Below are positions 39,480 through 53,050 of a stretch of DNA of 64,000 bases, one piece after another. Positions within the stretch are counted from its first letter, which is position 1, and each line of letters begins with the position of its first letter. Below the pieces are notes generated by a model. It did no database searches. It was not told where the DNA came from and worked only from the letters and a program-made list of their open reading frames with translations. The translations under genes were made by a program, and so were the position numbers. Source of the DNA: Eledone cirrhosa (Eukaryota); the NCBI GenBank assembly GCA_964016885.1, contig OZ024742.1, forward strand, positions 45,694,001 through 45,758,000, given 5' to 3'.

Positions 39480-41411
39480 GATGGTTAGTTGTGATATAAG
39501 TGGGCATCTGCCAGACAAATAAGCAACTCTAGACCAAGAGCAGTAAACTACTAGGGGAGATAGAGCTATGGGTGACACAAGTAGCTCCCAAGCAAAATCT
39601 GACAGCCCTGTGATGTAGCTATGATGCGGCGAGTAAAGGCTGCCTCTAAAAAAGCCTAGTACTCGTGGGTTTGAGAAAGTACCAGACTGGTAACTATCGC
39701 GAATAAGACTACCAAAACTGCAATATGGTGAGGTGTGAGGCAACAAAAAGAATCATACTGCATCGTTTGCACGGGTTAACAAAGGATATATTCAGGCTTT
39801 AGGTAGAGGGGCCTGTTGGAAAAATATATTGCAGTCACCATTTCATACTGCAAAAACTAGCGATAGGTCTGTGACCTGTCCTGGGAGGTATGGGATGGAT
39901 GCACAAAGATTTGTACCCTGAGACCCCAAGGAGGGTTCAAAAGGCAGGAAACCTTGACAATAGGAACCTGGAACATCACAACTCTTACAGATAAGGAGCA
40001 GGAACTAGTGGAGGAGGCCAGATGCTACTGGCTAGATATAGTTGGGGTTTCCTCAACATAGTTCCATGGATCTAGTACTGTAGATTTAGATGGAGGATAG
40101 AAACTCCACTGTTCAAGTGTGGCACCAGAAATGACTGCACAGGCAGGAGTGGGGATACTCACAATCCCCCTGATCTTCATGTTAAGAGAGGGGCTGAGCT
40201 GTCAACTAAACACCATTTAGTTATTTGCAACTTAAGACAACCTAAAGCCAAAGAAGCCCACAAAACTGGCAGGTCCAGGCTGACCAACAGAATAAAGTAG
40301 GAGGTCGGGATACTATTGCATCCAAATTTAGAGAACTCCTTGAGCAAACTGAAGACATTGAAACAGTGGAGATTGTTCGGCTCAGCAGTTTCTGCCAGCT
40401 GTTAAATGCTGCAGGCAAAAGAGGCTTGGTGTGGTGCTGGGTAGCAATAGAACCCCTTGGTTCAATCAAAAGGTCAAAGATGCCATCCAAGCAAAGAATG
40501 AGGCCTACAAATCTTAGCTTGGAAATAAGTCCTCCTTGCACTTGTACAAACATCACACCAGAGACAGTAAAAACATCGAAAATTAAGACATGGGAATATT
40601 TTATTGTTATGCTGGAATCCAGCTTCAGAATAAGAAGTCCTCCTCCACACAAGCTGTCAGGAATGTGTCTGGGGTTCTCCCCTCTTCAGAGAAGTGCATC
40701 CTCACGAGGTGGAGAGAATACTTTGCTCACTCCTAAACCCAATCGCAACAGCATGTTCTGATGTACACGAGTTGCATCTGGGAGTGATGACTAATCTCTC
40801 AGAGTCTGAGGTCACAAGAGCAATTAAAGAGCTCAAATATGGCAAGGCTGGTGGGGAGGATGAAATCCGGTCCAAGATGTTAAAAGCCTTAAATAGAGAA
40901 GGTAATCTATGGCTAACTTATGTGTGCCAAGTGGCCTGGATCTCTGGAAAGACACCTAAATAATAGCAATCGGGAGTGAAAATCCCAATTTCCAAAAAGG
41001 GAGACAAGAGATTGTTCCAATTATAGATAGATTTCCTTGTTAAGCCTCCCCGGTAAAGTCTATGCTAAGTGTCTGGCAAAGAGATGCAGGGAAATTATTG
41101 AGTTCAAGTTAGCTGATGAACAGTTGGTTTTCACCCCGGATGTAGCACAGCTCCAGTACTATGGGCATGTGGTTAGAATGTCTCAAGAAAGAAGCATTGG
41201 ACAGATTTTACAGGTAAAACTAATTCGGAGGAGCCCTGCAGTAAACCCCAAGCAATATAATTGGATAACATCCATTAACTCAGCTGGTCTCGCTTAGGGA
41301 TCCAGCCGGATTAGTTGGAAACAGTTGCTTCTGACAGGACCCGCTGGTAGGAGTATTTGAGGACTCTGCCTCCCGTGACCCCCTAAGAAATACATGGGCA
41401 AAGAAGAAGAA
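39480..41411 (+). pseudogene. Decayed Rex3/Expander-like RTE LINE
   Basis: LTIGTWNITTLTDKEQELVEEA..LDIVGVSST..AGVGIL, KAGGEDEIR, LLSLPGKVYAK, QLQYYGHVVRM; (gaa)n tail; many stops and deletions; 5' boundary approximate. Confidence 0.75.
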
Positions 41412-41600
41412 TATCAGTCAAATATTGATGACAATAACAGGATGTCCCCACTTTATAATAATGATAACATAAAATAATTATAATATTGATAACAATGAAA
41501 GGATGTCCACACTATATAATCTTATGTTAAACTGAAGCCACTGAGAGAGATTCTCTGCAGCCATTTGATTATATTGATCTATCTATCAATTAGTTGGCAG

Positions 41601-43972
41601 ATTGGAACAATAAGGTAGGTAGATGAAGCAGTCAAGGCCAAGAGACAGGCATGGAAAGAATGGAAGAACGGGGGGAGCAGGGTACATTACATAGAGACCA
41701 AGAGGGAAGCTAGGCGACAAGTATACTTAGCTAGGAGGGAAGCAGAGGATAGAAAATTCAAGCATGTTTTACAACGTGAGGACCAGAAACAGGAGGTATT
41801 CAAGATTGCGAGGCAGTGTGTCAGAGATAGTTGTGATGTCATTGGAGAGAAGTGTATCCGGAATGATAAAGGTGAGCTTGCCCTCACAAGTGCTGAGAAG
41901 AAAGATGCATGGAAGAGTCATTATGATAGATTACTAAATGAGGAGAATGCATGGGAAGAAGAGACCCTACCCCACGTAGACCCTATAGAGGGACCAGCAG
42001 TACAAGTCAGCGGCAGCGTAGTAAGTAAGGCAATCAGAGATATGAAGATAGGGAAGGCAACCGGTCCATCGGGTATAGCTGCCGAGATGCTGAAGGCATC
42101 TGGGTCTGTAGGTCACACTATAACCACACGTATCGTTAACCAGGTAATACTAGAGGGGGCCATACCAAAAGATTGGTGCAGTAGCATCATTGTCAACTGC
42201 TACAAAGGTAAAGGCGATGCACTAGATAGAGGAAACTATAGAGGTATAAAGTTGATGGACCAGGTCATGAAAGTAACAGAAAGAGTTATAGCACAGCTGA
42301 TTAGGGACCGGGTGAATATAGACGAGATGCAATTTGGGTTTGTTCCAGGGAAAGGCACCACTGATGCGCTCTTCCTTGTGAGGCAATTACAGGAAAAGTA
42401 CCTAGCTAAAAGTAAGCCACTCTACTTGGCATTTGTCGACCTTGAGAAAGCCTTTGACAGAGTTCCACGTGCAGTAATCTGGTGGGCTCTTAGAAAACTA
42501 GGAGTAGATGAATGGCTTGTGAAAGCGGTACAAGCCATGTATAGGGGAGCAGTCAGCAAAGTTAGGATTGGCAATGAGTATAGCGAGGAATTTAGCGTAC
42601 AGGTTGGGGTCCACCAGGGCTCTGTTCTTAGCCCTCTCCTGTTCATCATAGTCCTGCAGGCAATAACGGAGGAGTTTAAGACCGGATGCCCATGGGAACT
42701 CCTGTATGCTGATGACCTCGCACTCATAGCTGAATCTATGGTAGAACTAGAGAATAAATTCCAAACCTGGAAGCAGGGACTAGAGAGAAAGGGCCTCAAA
42801 GTCAACATGACAAAGACTAAGGTCCTTATAAGTAGACGAGAAAACAGAACCCAGATCCCCTCAGGGAAATGGCCTTGCTCAGTATGTAGGAAAGGTGTAG
42901 GTAGGAACTCCATTCTTTGCCCCAAATGCAAACAATGGGTACACAAGAGATGTAGCGGGATCTCAGGAAGCTTAATTAAGAATGTAGGATTCACATGCAG
43001 CAGCTGTGCTGAAACAGCAAGCAAACAGCCACAGGAAACAAGTACCACCAATCTCTGGGAGGGCCCTGTAGAAACAGTAGACAGCTTCTGCTACCTAGGT
43101 GACCGAATTAGCAACGGAGGTGGGTGCTCAGAAAGTACAATAACTAGGGTAAGAACGGGATGGAAGAAGTTTAGGGAACTACTACCACTGCTAGCTGCAA
43201 AAGGCTTCTCCCTCAGAATGAAAGGCAGACTGTATGATGCGTGTATCCGAACAGCGATGTTGCATGGTAGTGAGACCTGGGCGCTGAAGGTGGAAGACTT
43301 ACGTAGATTAGAGAGAAACGAAGCCTGCATGCTCCGATGGATGTGTAACAGTAATATACGTGAACGACAAAGCATAAATGAATTGAGAGAGAGACTGAGC
43401 ATAAGAGGAATCAAATGCTGCGTGCAGGAGAGGCGGTTACGCTGGTATGGACATGTGATGCGTATGAAGGATGACAGCTGCATAAAAAGGTGCAGAGCAC
43501 TAGAAGTTGATGGAAACCGCGGAGTGGGGAGACCCAAGATGACTTGGGATGAGGTGATAAAAGCCGACCTTACCCAACTACACCTCTCAAAGTCAATGAC
43601 ACACGACCGTGACTTCTGGCGTCACGCAGTAATACAGGGTACCCGACCTCCCATGGGTACATGCTGAAGCATATAAACAATATGCCCCCCCCCCCCCCCA
43701 CCGCAAGGTGGTCGTGGAGGTGCCACGGCAAAAAAGCACCCAGCCCACACTGTAAAGTGGACGTGTAGGCGCCACGAAAAAGCACCCAGCACTCACTGTA
43801 AATGAGGTTGGTGTTAGGAAGGGCATCCAGCTGTAGAAATCAAGCCAGATCAGTTCCTGTATGAGCAAGGCATGGTCAGCCGACCAGACACTGCCCACAA
43901 CAGGACAACCCGTCTAACCCATGCTAGCGTGGAAGAACGGACGTAAAACGGTGATGATGATGATGATGATGA
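41601..43972 (+). mobile_element. 5'-truncated RTE family B LINE with intact RT, PHD and C-terminus
   Basis: RTE-like coding sequence from ~41620 through ORF 42042-43667; 3' UTR with poly-C; (gat)n tail; gattgg repeated at both junctions. Confidence 0.9.
42042..43667 (+). CDS. RTE-B reverse transcriptase (partial ORF, endonuclease missing)
   Basis: NYRGIKL, FVDLEKAFD, GVHQGSVLSP, LYADD, CSVC..CPKC..HKRC..CSSC, FCYLG. Confidence 0.8.
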   Translation: MKIGKATGPSGIAAEMLKASGSVGHTITTRIVNQVILEGAIPKDWCSSIIVNCYKGKGDALDRGNYRGIKLMDQVMKVTERVIAQLIRDRVNIDEMQFGFVPGKGTTDALFLVRQLQEKYLAKSKPLYLAFVDLEKAFDRVPRAVIWWALRKLGVDEWLVKAVQAMYRGAVSKVRIGNEYSEEFSVQVGVHQGSVLSPLLFIIVLQAITEEFKTGCPWELLYADDLALIAESMVELENKFQTWKQGLERKGLKVNMTKTKVLISRRENRTQIPSGKWPCSVCRKGVGRNSILCPKCKQWVHKRCSGISGSLIKNVGFTCSSCAETASKQPQETSTTNLWEGPVETVDSFCYLGDRISNGGGCSESTITRVRTGWKKFRELLPLLAAKGFSLRMKGRLYDACIRTAMLHGSETWALKVEDLRRLERNEACMLRWMCNSNIRERQSINELRERLSIRGIKCCVQERRLRWYGHVMRMKDDSCIKRCRALEVDGNRGVGRPKMTWDEVIKADLTQLHLSKSMTHDRDFWRHAVIQGTRPPMGTC

Positions 43973-44329
43973 TTGGTACAGTTGTTCTAACTCCCTGTTT
44001 TCTCAGTTTAAATCCCAATGAGATCAACTTTTCCTTTCATCTTCTCAAAGCTCAATCAATAAAGTACCAGGCTGGCAGATTGACAGAATTGTTAGGATAT
44101 CAAATCTGATGCCTTGTGGTATCTGTTTCAGCTCTGTGTCTTCTGAATCTAAAGCCCACCTCCTGCCACCAGAAAAAATGGTGACATGATAGAACTTAGG
44201 CCTCTACCATTGAAACATCCAAGAAACCTCCCAAAACACATCATAAGAGGTTAAACCTATGCTGGTGTGAGCCATAACAACAACAAAAACAGTTGGATTA
44301 ACATTAAACAACATACACAATACTACAAT

Positions 44330-44585
44330 CATACTACATGTAGGTGTCATGACAAAAAGCACCCAGTCAACACTGTAAAGTGGTTGTGTAGGTGTCATGA
44401 CAAAAAACACTCTGTACACACTGTAAATGTGGTTGGTGTTATGAACGGCATCCAGCCATAGAAAACCAAACCAAATTTAGTTTTGTATGAGCAAGACATG
44501 CTCATCTGACCTGACTTGTCTCACAATGGGATAACTTGTTTAACCCATGCTAGCATGGAAAATGGATGTTAAACAGTGATGATGA
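44330..44585 (+). mobile_element. Old RTE-type 3' UTR fragment
   Basis: ctgtaaatgtggttggtgtta..ggcatccagcc..cccatgctagcatggaa..gatgatgat. Confidence 0.7.
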
Positions 44586-44932
44586 TACACATTTATTGTA
44601 TGGGAGAACATGCCCAACTCATGCCATATATGCAGAACATAAAACTGATGAGAAAAATTAAGTATAACAATGACAATGGCAACAACAATCAATGTCTTTT
44701 GTCAAGCCCTCATTACAGTAAATCTAAACTTTTAATTACATAACTGTTGTGATTAGTGTTTGTGGCCTCTAAACATACATTTTTTCATCTCCCATATTTC
44801 CACATGGTTACTTTATTGTAACTGGTCAAATTTGTGAATCATAACCTTAATTTTTTGTGAAACCTTTGTATGATCTTCCAAAAATGAAAGAACCTAACCT
44901 ATATGTTACCTACAATTTCCACCAACCTAATT

Positions 44933-45138
44933 TTAATCCTTTAGCATTTACATTACTCTATATGTATTATTGTTTTTTCATGATAAAGGCTTTATCTTAC
45001 ATAATATCGAATCTATGAGATTTTAATGTTACTTATTTTGAGAACAATACTTTAACATCAATATGAGCAGCCAATTTGAAGAGAAAGAGGTCAGAGAATT
45101 CTGGCTGGAAATGGTTAGTTTAAATGCTAAAGGGTTAA
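44933..45138 (+). mobile_element. TTAA-flanked MITE, copy 2
   Basis: ttaa-tcctttagcattta .. taaatgctaaaggg-ttaa. Confidence 0.75.
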
Positions 45139-46519
45139 TAAGACATTTAATGAAAAAAAATTGCTTTAGTGAGAGAATTTATTCATAAAAAAAACAACAA
45201 AACAAAAACATGATAGGTTTGTATTGAATTTTATTAAAATACACCTTATCTCATAGGAACCCTAGAATTTTAGAACTTTTTTTGTGGAATCCATTTTGGG
45301 AGACACTGACCTAAATTATAGCTCTCAGGTACTCATCTGATAAGGTCACACAAGTATACCTTATAGGAAATGTAGGTGAAAGCACTTACATTGCACTTGC
45401 AAACTCGCATAAATAAACTAGGTAATGAAGATAACATCCTCTCTTCTTCTATCTTTCTTTCTCTCCCCTTTCTCTCCCTCATTCTTCTCGTTTCTCTCTT
45501 CATCTCCCCCTTCCTCTCTCCTTACTACTTGCTTTCTCCCCCTTTTCTCTCTCTCTCTCTCTCTCTCTCCTTACTAGTTGCTATGGTGTCACATTCATTT
45601 TGATCAGTCTCCTTGAAAGCTTCATAGAAAAGTTCTATTCTATACTAGTGCAACAAGGACAGTAGAACAGACTTGAAAGCTGTAGACACAGAGAAAGCAG
45701 TATACTTGACAATGATGTCCTCACTTAACTGAGTGTTATGTCAGTATCTGACACAGTTACGCCAGCATAGAAGTAATGTTAGGGAAAGCATTGATGGATC
45801 AAGTTCAGTAAGATTAAATATATAAAATTCTACAGCTTACAACATTGGTTGTATGGAAGAGTGCAGTGAGATGATGAAACGACAAGTGTTACCAGCCTCA
45901 GCCTATTCATTAGCATGCTAGGAAGAGTTGGAAGGGACTACATAGACAAAGTCAGTACTGAAGTGGGGCTACTGGCCTCCTAGATAGCCTGGGGGAGAGG
46001 AGTCTGCATCTCACACATGGTCTTACATTCTATTGAGTGCACAGGGGAGGTTGTCATGTCTTTGACACAACTGAAGACATCTCCCAACTTTTGTTTGGTA
46101 GGCTATCTACAACTGGATGCCCTTCCTATCAACAATTACTTTGTAGCATGTGCTGACTATGTTTATCATGTAGATCACCAACACCAATTGTAAAATTAAA
46201 TAAATGCTGACAGTTATGGTGGTTACAGCTGCCTCATGTTACCATTTTTACTTCATGGTTGATAGACATAGAACAGGATATTCATGATGGCCCCCAAAAA
46301 AATTTCTCTCATAGTACAAACCATGACCTGAGATGCAAACAGCAAGGTAAGGGTTAACAATGGATATAGTGATAAATTTAGTATGTGGGTTGGTGTCCAC
46401 TAACGCTCAGGTCTAAGATCCTATTTGTTTATAGTTCTCTATACATACATACATACATACATATCGCCACCATTATTATTTGATCCAATGGATCAAATAA
46501 TGGTGGATTGGCAGTGGAT

Positions 46520-46704
46520 TGGCGGTGGATTGGCAGTATCGGTAGAGGGTCGGACGCCATGCTTTCCAGCATAGTTACGTCCCTTTACGATCTGAGTTCA
46601 AATCCTGCCGAGGTTGACTTTGCCTTTCATCCTTACGGGGTCGATAAAATAAAGTACCAGTAATGCACTGGGTAATTGCTGGCCTTGTGCCTAAAGTAGA
46701 AACA
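46520..46704 (+). mobile_element. SINE family 2 (tRNA-like head)
   Basis: tggcagtatcggtaga..gagttcaaatcctgccgaggttgactttgcctttcatcc..ggtcgataaaataaagtaccag; 18-bp TSD attattatttgatccaat (46472-46489 / 46705-46722). Confidence 0.75.
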
Positions 46705-48683
46705 ATTATTATTTGATCCAATCATAATTCAGCGGCTTATATGTTTCTCCTACCAAACTCTTTCACAAAACCACCGCCTCGGCTATCACTTCTTAAGTTT
46801 AGACCTGGTTGCTTTTCGATATGCTAGATGGACTATGGAATTCTGGAGAGTCTGAAATATCTGGACACTCAATGACAATGTCAAAGATAAAGATAAATTC
46901 ACCTCATGTTGCCGGACGAGAATGCAAGGACCCCTCTTTATTTCAGCCGCGGATGACTAACATAACCCCATCTCCCTCACCCCTCCCTGCACCTCATCCT
47001 TCCCACCCACTAAACGCAATCCAAAATTTCAGAGTTGGTACCATCAATGTAGGCACCTTAAAAGGTAGCTCTAACGAGGTTGTAGAGATACTTGAATGTA
47101 AGGAGGTTGATGTCTGCTGTATTCAAGAGACCAGGTGGAGGGGTGGGTCTGCTAGATTCATTGTGGGTAAAAAACGATGTTATAAACTTTTCTGGGTGGG
47201 AAATGACAATGGGCTGGGTGAAGTAGGAGTCATGCTACCAGAAAAATGGGTAGATAAGATAAGACGTAAATAGAGTGAACGACAGAATAATTAAAATAAG
47301 ACTTGTCCTAAATAGAACTACTGTGACAATAATATCCGCGTATGCACCCCAATCCGGACTGCCTGGCGTTATAAAAGACAGATTCTATGAGTCGTTATTG
47401 CTCGCTACCTCCAAATAACCGACAGTGACTACATAATTATTGCTGGCGACCTAAATAGTCATGTTGGACAACATTGTGATGGCTATGACGGAATCCATGG
47501 AGGCTATGGGTTTGGTACTAGAAATGAGGAAGGCTCCAGAATCCTGGAATTCTGTGATGCAAATAACCTAACTATCTGTAACACAAACTTCAAAAAGTGA
47601 GACAATCACATGATCACCTATAGATCAGGAGAACACACCAGTCAGATAGATTATATCCTTACCAGAAGACGTGACAGAGTGTCTGTTGTAAACACTAAAT
47701 CCCTCCCCCATGAAGAATGCACCTCCCAACATAGCCTCATAGTTAGCGACCTCATAGTCAGGACGAGACGTACTCGACAACAGAGGAGGACTACCCTAAG
47801 GAGAAGAATATAGAAGTTAAAGGACCCCACAGCCAGTAACAAATTTAAAAGCATATTACTTGATGCTTTTGACAGTAAGGAAGAGCAATTAGTCGTACAA
47901 CATAGAGGAACAGTGGGAATTCTGGAAAGTTAACCTGCTGAAGGTGGCAGACGAAGTCTGTGGCCGGAGCAGGCCTATAGGCAGGAGGAGAGTAACTTGG
48001 TGGTGGAACAGTAACGTGGAGGAGTCAATCAAGGCCAAAAAGCAGGCTTGGAAAGTATGATGGGATGGGGGAAGTAGAGAAGACTATCAAGTGGCCAGGA
48101 GGGAAGCTAGGAGACAAGTTTACTTTACAAGAAGGGAAGCAGAGGAAAGAAAGTTCAAGCATATTCTACAACGCGAGGACCAAAAACGTGAGGTGTTCCG
48201 GATTGCTAGGCAATGTGTCAAGGAAAACCATGATATTGTCGGGGAGAAGTGTGTCCGTAATGATGATGGTGTCCTTGCCATCACTGACGCTGATAAGAAG
48301 GTAGCTTGGAAGTGTCACTATGAGAGGCTACTAAATGAGGAGAATAAATGGGAGAAAGACAGTCTCCCCCACATCGATCCAATAGAGGGACCAGCAGTGC
48401 AAATTGAATGTAGTATAATAAGTAAGGCAATCAAAGATATGAAGACAAGCAAGGCAGCTGGGCCTTTGGAGATAGTTACTGAAATGCTGAAAGCATCTGG
48501 AATGGTAGGACACACTATGGTCACACAGATAGTAAACCAAGTCATACAGAACGACTGGTGTAGCAGCATCATCATTAACTGCTACAAGGGTAAAGGAGAT
48601 GCACTAGATAGAGGAAACTATAGAGGCATTAAATTAATTGACCAGGTCATGAAGGTCACAGAAAGAGTTATAGCAACTAATCA

Positions 48684-49081
48684 TCATCATCATCATCATT
48701 TCATTTTATTTTATGTCCACTTTTCCCTGCTTGCAAGGGTGGGACGGGAACTGATTCTGGCTTGATTTCTACAGCTGGATGCCCTTCCTAACACCAACCT
48801 CATTTACAGTGAGTGCTGGGTGCTTTTTTTTCCGTGGAGCCTACACGTCCACTTAACAGTGTGGCCTGGGTGCTTTTTTTGCCATGGCACTTCCACGACC
48901 ACTCTACAGTGGAATGATATGGACCCCAGTCCCTATCATCTCATTTCTACAGCTGAGTAAATGGAGCAATGTGAAATAAAGTGTCTTGCTCAAGGAAACA
49001 ACACAACACCCGGTCTGAGAATTGAACTCACAACCTTTTGATTGCAAGGCCAATGCTCTAACCACTAAGCCATGTGCCTCC
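48684..49081 (-). mobile_element. SINE family 1 inserted in the old RTE-A ORF
   Basis: Full-length; TSD taatca (48678-48683 / 49083-49088); the RTE sequence resumes after it. Confidence 0.9.
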
Positions 49082-50904
49082 ATAATCAGAGAGCAAATTG
49101 ATCTAGATGAAATGCAGTTTGGGTTTGTGTGAGGTAAAAGTACCACAGACGCCTTTTTCATTGTACGACAACTACAGGAGAAGTACTTAGCTAAAAGTAA
49201 ACCCCTATACTTAGCTTTTGTTGACTTGGAGAAAGCCTTTGACAGAGTCCCCTGCGCCATTATCTGGTGGGCCCTTAGAAAACTAGGGGTTGATGAATGG
49301 CTTGTGAGAGCTATACAAGCCATGTATAAAGAAACAGTCAGCAAGGTTAGAATTAACAACGAATATAGTGAAGAGTTTAGCGTAAAAGTTGGTGTTCATC
49401 AGGGCTCCTTTCTTGGCCCCCTACTATTTATTATTGCCCTTCAGGCTATAACAGAGGAGTTCAAGACTGGCTGCCCATGGGAACTTCTCTATGCAGATGA
49501 TCTAACGCTCATAGCTGAATTGATGGCTGAACTAGAGAAGAAATTCCAAACATGGAAGCATGGCCTAGAATCTAAAGGCCTTAAAGTTAATTTGTCTAGT
49601 ATGTAGGAAGGAAAATAGGGCACATGTCCCCTCTGGGAAATGGCCATGCTCAGTGTGTAGGAAAGGAGTAGGCAGAAATTCCCTTTTATATCCCAAATGG
49701 AAAGTATGGGTGCATAAAAGATGTGGTGGGATCACAGGTAAGCTATCTAAGAACGTAGATTTTATATGTGGCCGGTGCTCGGGTGCAATAAGTAGCAAGC
49801 GCCCACAGGATACTAGCTCCTTCAATTGCCCAGGTGGCTCTATAGAAATAGTGGACACCTTCCATTACCTGGGTGACAAAATCAGCAGTGGTGGAGGGTG
49901 CTCTGAAAGTACAGTAGCTAGAGTCAGAACTGGATGGAAAAAGTTCAGAGAGCTTATACCACTATTGCTCACTAAAGGTTTCTCTCTAAAAATGAAAGGC
50001 AGATTGTATGATGCCTGTATACGAACATCAATGTTACATGGCAGTGAGACATGGGTATTGTGTGCAGAGGATCTGCGCAGACTAGAGAGGAACGAAGCAT
50101 GCATGCCCCGCTGGATGTGTAATAGTAATATACGTGAACGGCAAAGCATAAATGAACTAAGTGAGAAATTAGGTATAAGAGGGATCAGATACTGTTTACT
50201 CGAGAGAAGACTACGTTGGTATGGTCACGTGATGCGCATGAAAGATGACAACTGTATAAAAAAGTGCAGGGCGATCAAAATTGATGGAAGTTACGGAGTA
50301 GGCAGACCCAGAAAATCCTGAGACGATTCGATAAATTCCGACCTTACACACTTACACCTCTCTAAGACAATGTCACTGGACCGAGATCTTTGGTGCCACG
50401 CAGTAATACAGAAAACCCACCTTGCCTAAGTACAAACTGAAACCTACAGCCAGTAGGCACCTCTTAATCAAATATACATTCCCCTCCCACTACCCCAACT
50501 CCTCCACCCCCATCAACACCACCCCTTCCTCTGTAAAGTTATGTTGGTACCACAACATCCAGTCCTAAATAAATGAGGTCATGTAGGTGTCATGACAAAA
50601 AAAACACACAGTCCACGCTGTAATGTGGCCATGTAGGTAACACGGTAAAAACCTCCCAGTCCACACTGTAAATGTGGTTGGTGTTAGGAAGGGCATCAAG
50701 CCATAGAAAACATGCCAGACAGTCCCATTCGAGCGAGACGACCAATTGCCTCAAGTGGAACAATTCCCGTCTAAACCCATGCTAGCATGCAAGATAGACA
50801 TTAAACAATGATGATGATATATGTATGATGATGATATATATATTTTTGTATATATGTATGTGTGACGTTAAATGATGATAATGATGATATATATATATAT
50901 AAGA

Positions 50905-51180
50905 TCCCAAATCAGAATGTAAAGTGGTTGTGATGGAGACATGGTAAAAGTGCCCAGCCCACACTATAAAGTGGTCATGTAGGTGTCATGACAAAAAGCC
51001 TCCAGTATTCACTGTAAATGAGGTTGGCATTAGGAAGGTCCTCCAGCTGTAGAAACCAAGCCAAAATCAGTTCTGTGTGTGAGTGTGAATCACAGTCCCT
51101 CGACCTGATCCCTCACAAAGGGACAGCCCGTCCTACCCATGCTAGCGAGCGTGGAAGATGGACGTTAAATGATGATGATA
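50905..51180 (+). mobile_element. RTE-type 3' UTR fragment
   Basis: ctgtaaatgaggttggcattaggaagg..cccatgctagc..ggacgttaaatgatgatg. Confidence 0.7.
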
Positions 51181-51192
51181 TATGTATATATA

Positions 51193-51682
51193 TCGGGTCA
51201 CTGTTGAGTGCTACTGGTAACATGTAACCCAGTACAACCTGTCTCATGGTCGGATCATCGGCGACTAAACCGGCAACCCAACCAAGCTTGCTTGGTGAGG
51301 AGGGTGATATTTGAACACCCTGTGGGATGAAATACAAGACCCAGCGATCCAAACGGCTATCCAAATAATTTTTTTTTTTTTTTTTTAACCTGGGAGTGAA
51401 AGGCCCCCAGTTGTTGTCACACCATTCTAGGAGAGGGAAACTCTGAAAACAATCCTGCAGCTTTGGAAACATCCGATGATGTATACCAGTTCTCCTTTTC
51501 GATGCTCAGGGAGTGGGATTGGTCAAGTGCAAGACCTTTCACCATTTAAAAAACCTTCCAAGCACAAGCATTGCTTGTTCAGGATATGTTACAGGTTCAT
51601 GTGGCTGGCTGTAGCCTAAATGTACACCATTTTCTGTAATCTGACAAGGGATTGCAATACTCTTAGAGTTTGCAGCCACCAT
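51193..51682 (+). mobile_element. Diverged member of the bipartite non-autonomous RTE family
   Basis: Same 5' ~120 bp as 6936, ctaggagagggaaactctga motif, 3' end ttgcagccaccat(at)n. Confidence 0.65.
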
Positions 51683-51707
51683 ATATATATATATATATAT
51701 ATAGAAA

Positions 51708-52620
51708 CAGGGTGCGGACGATATTTGTTCGCAATTTTCAACTGCTAATTTTATGCAAATTATTTTTACTTCCGTTGTCACTCTTGTCTTCATAAAAAAA
51801 CAGTGACTATATTTCCATTATTTATTTTCAGAATAATTGATTATGAATAATTTTGAACCTCCGAATTTGTGGAAGAGACACAGAGTTCTTGGAATCCGCA
51901 CCGGGGGGACAAATAAGGAAATTTCAGACTTTCTCAGCGTCAGCAGGAGAATGGTGGAAAAGGTCAGAAAGGAATTGGAAGATTCAGGATTCGACTACGA
52001 AGCAACATCTGAGAGGAAAACACATGATTGACGATCTGACGCCTTCAGAATGCCCGAGTTCAGGATATCATCAACAATGAACCTAACAAGTCGATGCGTG
52101 CCATTGCAAGGGAGAAAGCTCATTAGGCTGGTGGTACATGAAGACATTCGCTATATTTCATATAAGATGAGGAAAGGACAATTTCTGTCAAAGGCGATGC
52201 AAGAAAAGCGACTGAAGCACGCAAAGAAGCTGATCAACAAGTTGAAACACCCACTGGAGCCAGACTTGCTGTCGTTTTTCTCTGACGAGAAAAACTTCTG
52301 CCAAGACCAGAAGATCAACTCCCAGAACAACAGGTGGCTCGCTGTCTCATCCAAAGACGTGCCCAGAGACATGCAGACAAAGTTTCCAGTGACAACATTG
52401 GTCTTAGGTGTCGTCAGCAGTCAAGGTGATGTCATGCCACTTCACTTCTTCCCTGAGGGCCTCAAGCTGAACACCAATGGCTACATCCACGTTCTGAGCG
52501 AGGTAGTAAAGCCCTGGATCGACCAGGTAGCTGCAGGTAGGCCGTACGTGTGGCAGCAAGACTCAGCGCCCTGCCATACCAGCTGAAAGACCCAAGCCTG
52601 GCTGTCAGAGAACTTCGTCA
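51708..52620 (+). pseudogene. Tc1/mariner (maT-like) transposase, 3'-truncated
   Basis: Begins cagggtg; HTH-like N-terminus; FFSDEKNF..NSQNNRW..VLGVVSSQGDVMP..VWQQDSAPCHT; third catalytic residue and right TIR absent. Confidence 0.8.
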
Positions 52621-53050
52621 ACCCGCCTTGCCTAAGTACAAAGCGAGACCTACAGTCAGTAGGCACCTCTTAACCAAATATACACCCCAACCCACTACCC
52701 CTACTCCATCCTCCCACTCCCACCAACACCACCTTTTCTCTGTAAAGTTGTACCACTCATCCAGTCCAAACTAATGAGATCAAGCTTGAGATCGTGTAGG
52801 TGTCACAACAAAATAACACACAGTCCACGCTGTAATGTGGCCATGTAGGTAACACGGTAAAAAGCTCCCAGTCCACACTGTAAACGTGGTTGGTGTTAGG
52901 AAGGGCATCCAGCCGTAGAAAACCTGCCAGACAGTCCTATACGAGCGAGACAAGGTCACCCGACCAATCTTGCCTCAAGTGGGACAATTCCTGTCTATCC
53001 CATGCTAGCATGGAAGATAGACGTTAAACGATGATGATGATGATGATGAT
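52621..53050 (+). mobile_element. RTE-A-type 3' fragment
   Basis: acccgccttgcctaag.. to (gat)n. Confidence 0.85.

Larger units (their letters stand above)
46466..50818 (+). pseudogene. Older near-full-length RTE-A copy, decayed, with two SINE insertions
   Basis: Collinear with 22106-25988 across ORF pieces 46809, 47610, 48091, 49226 and 49653; multiple stops; 3' UTR and (gat)n tail. Confidence 0.88.
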
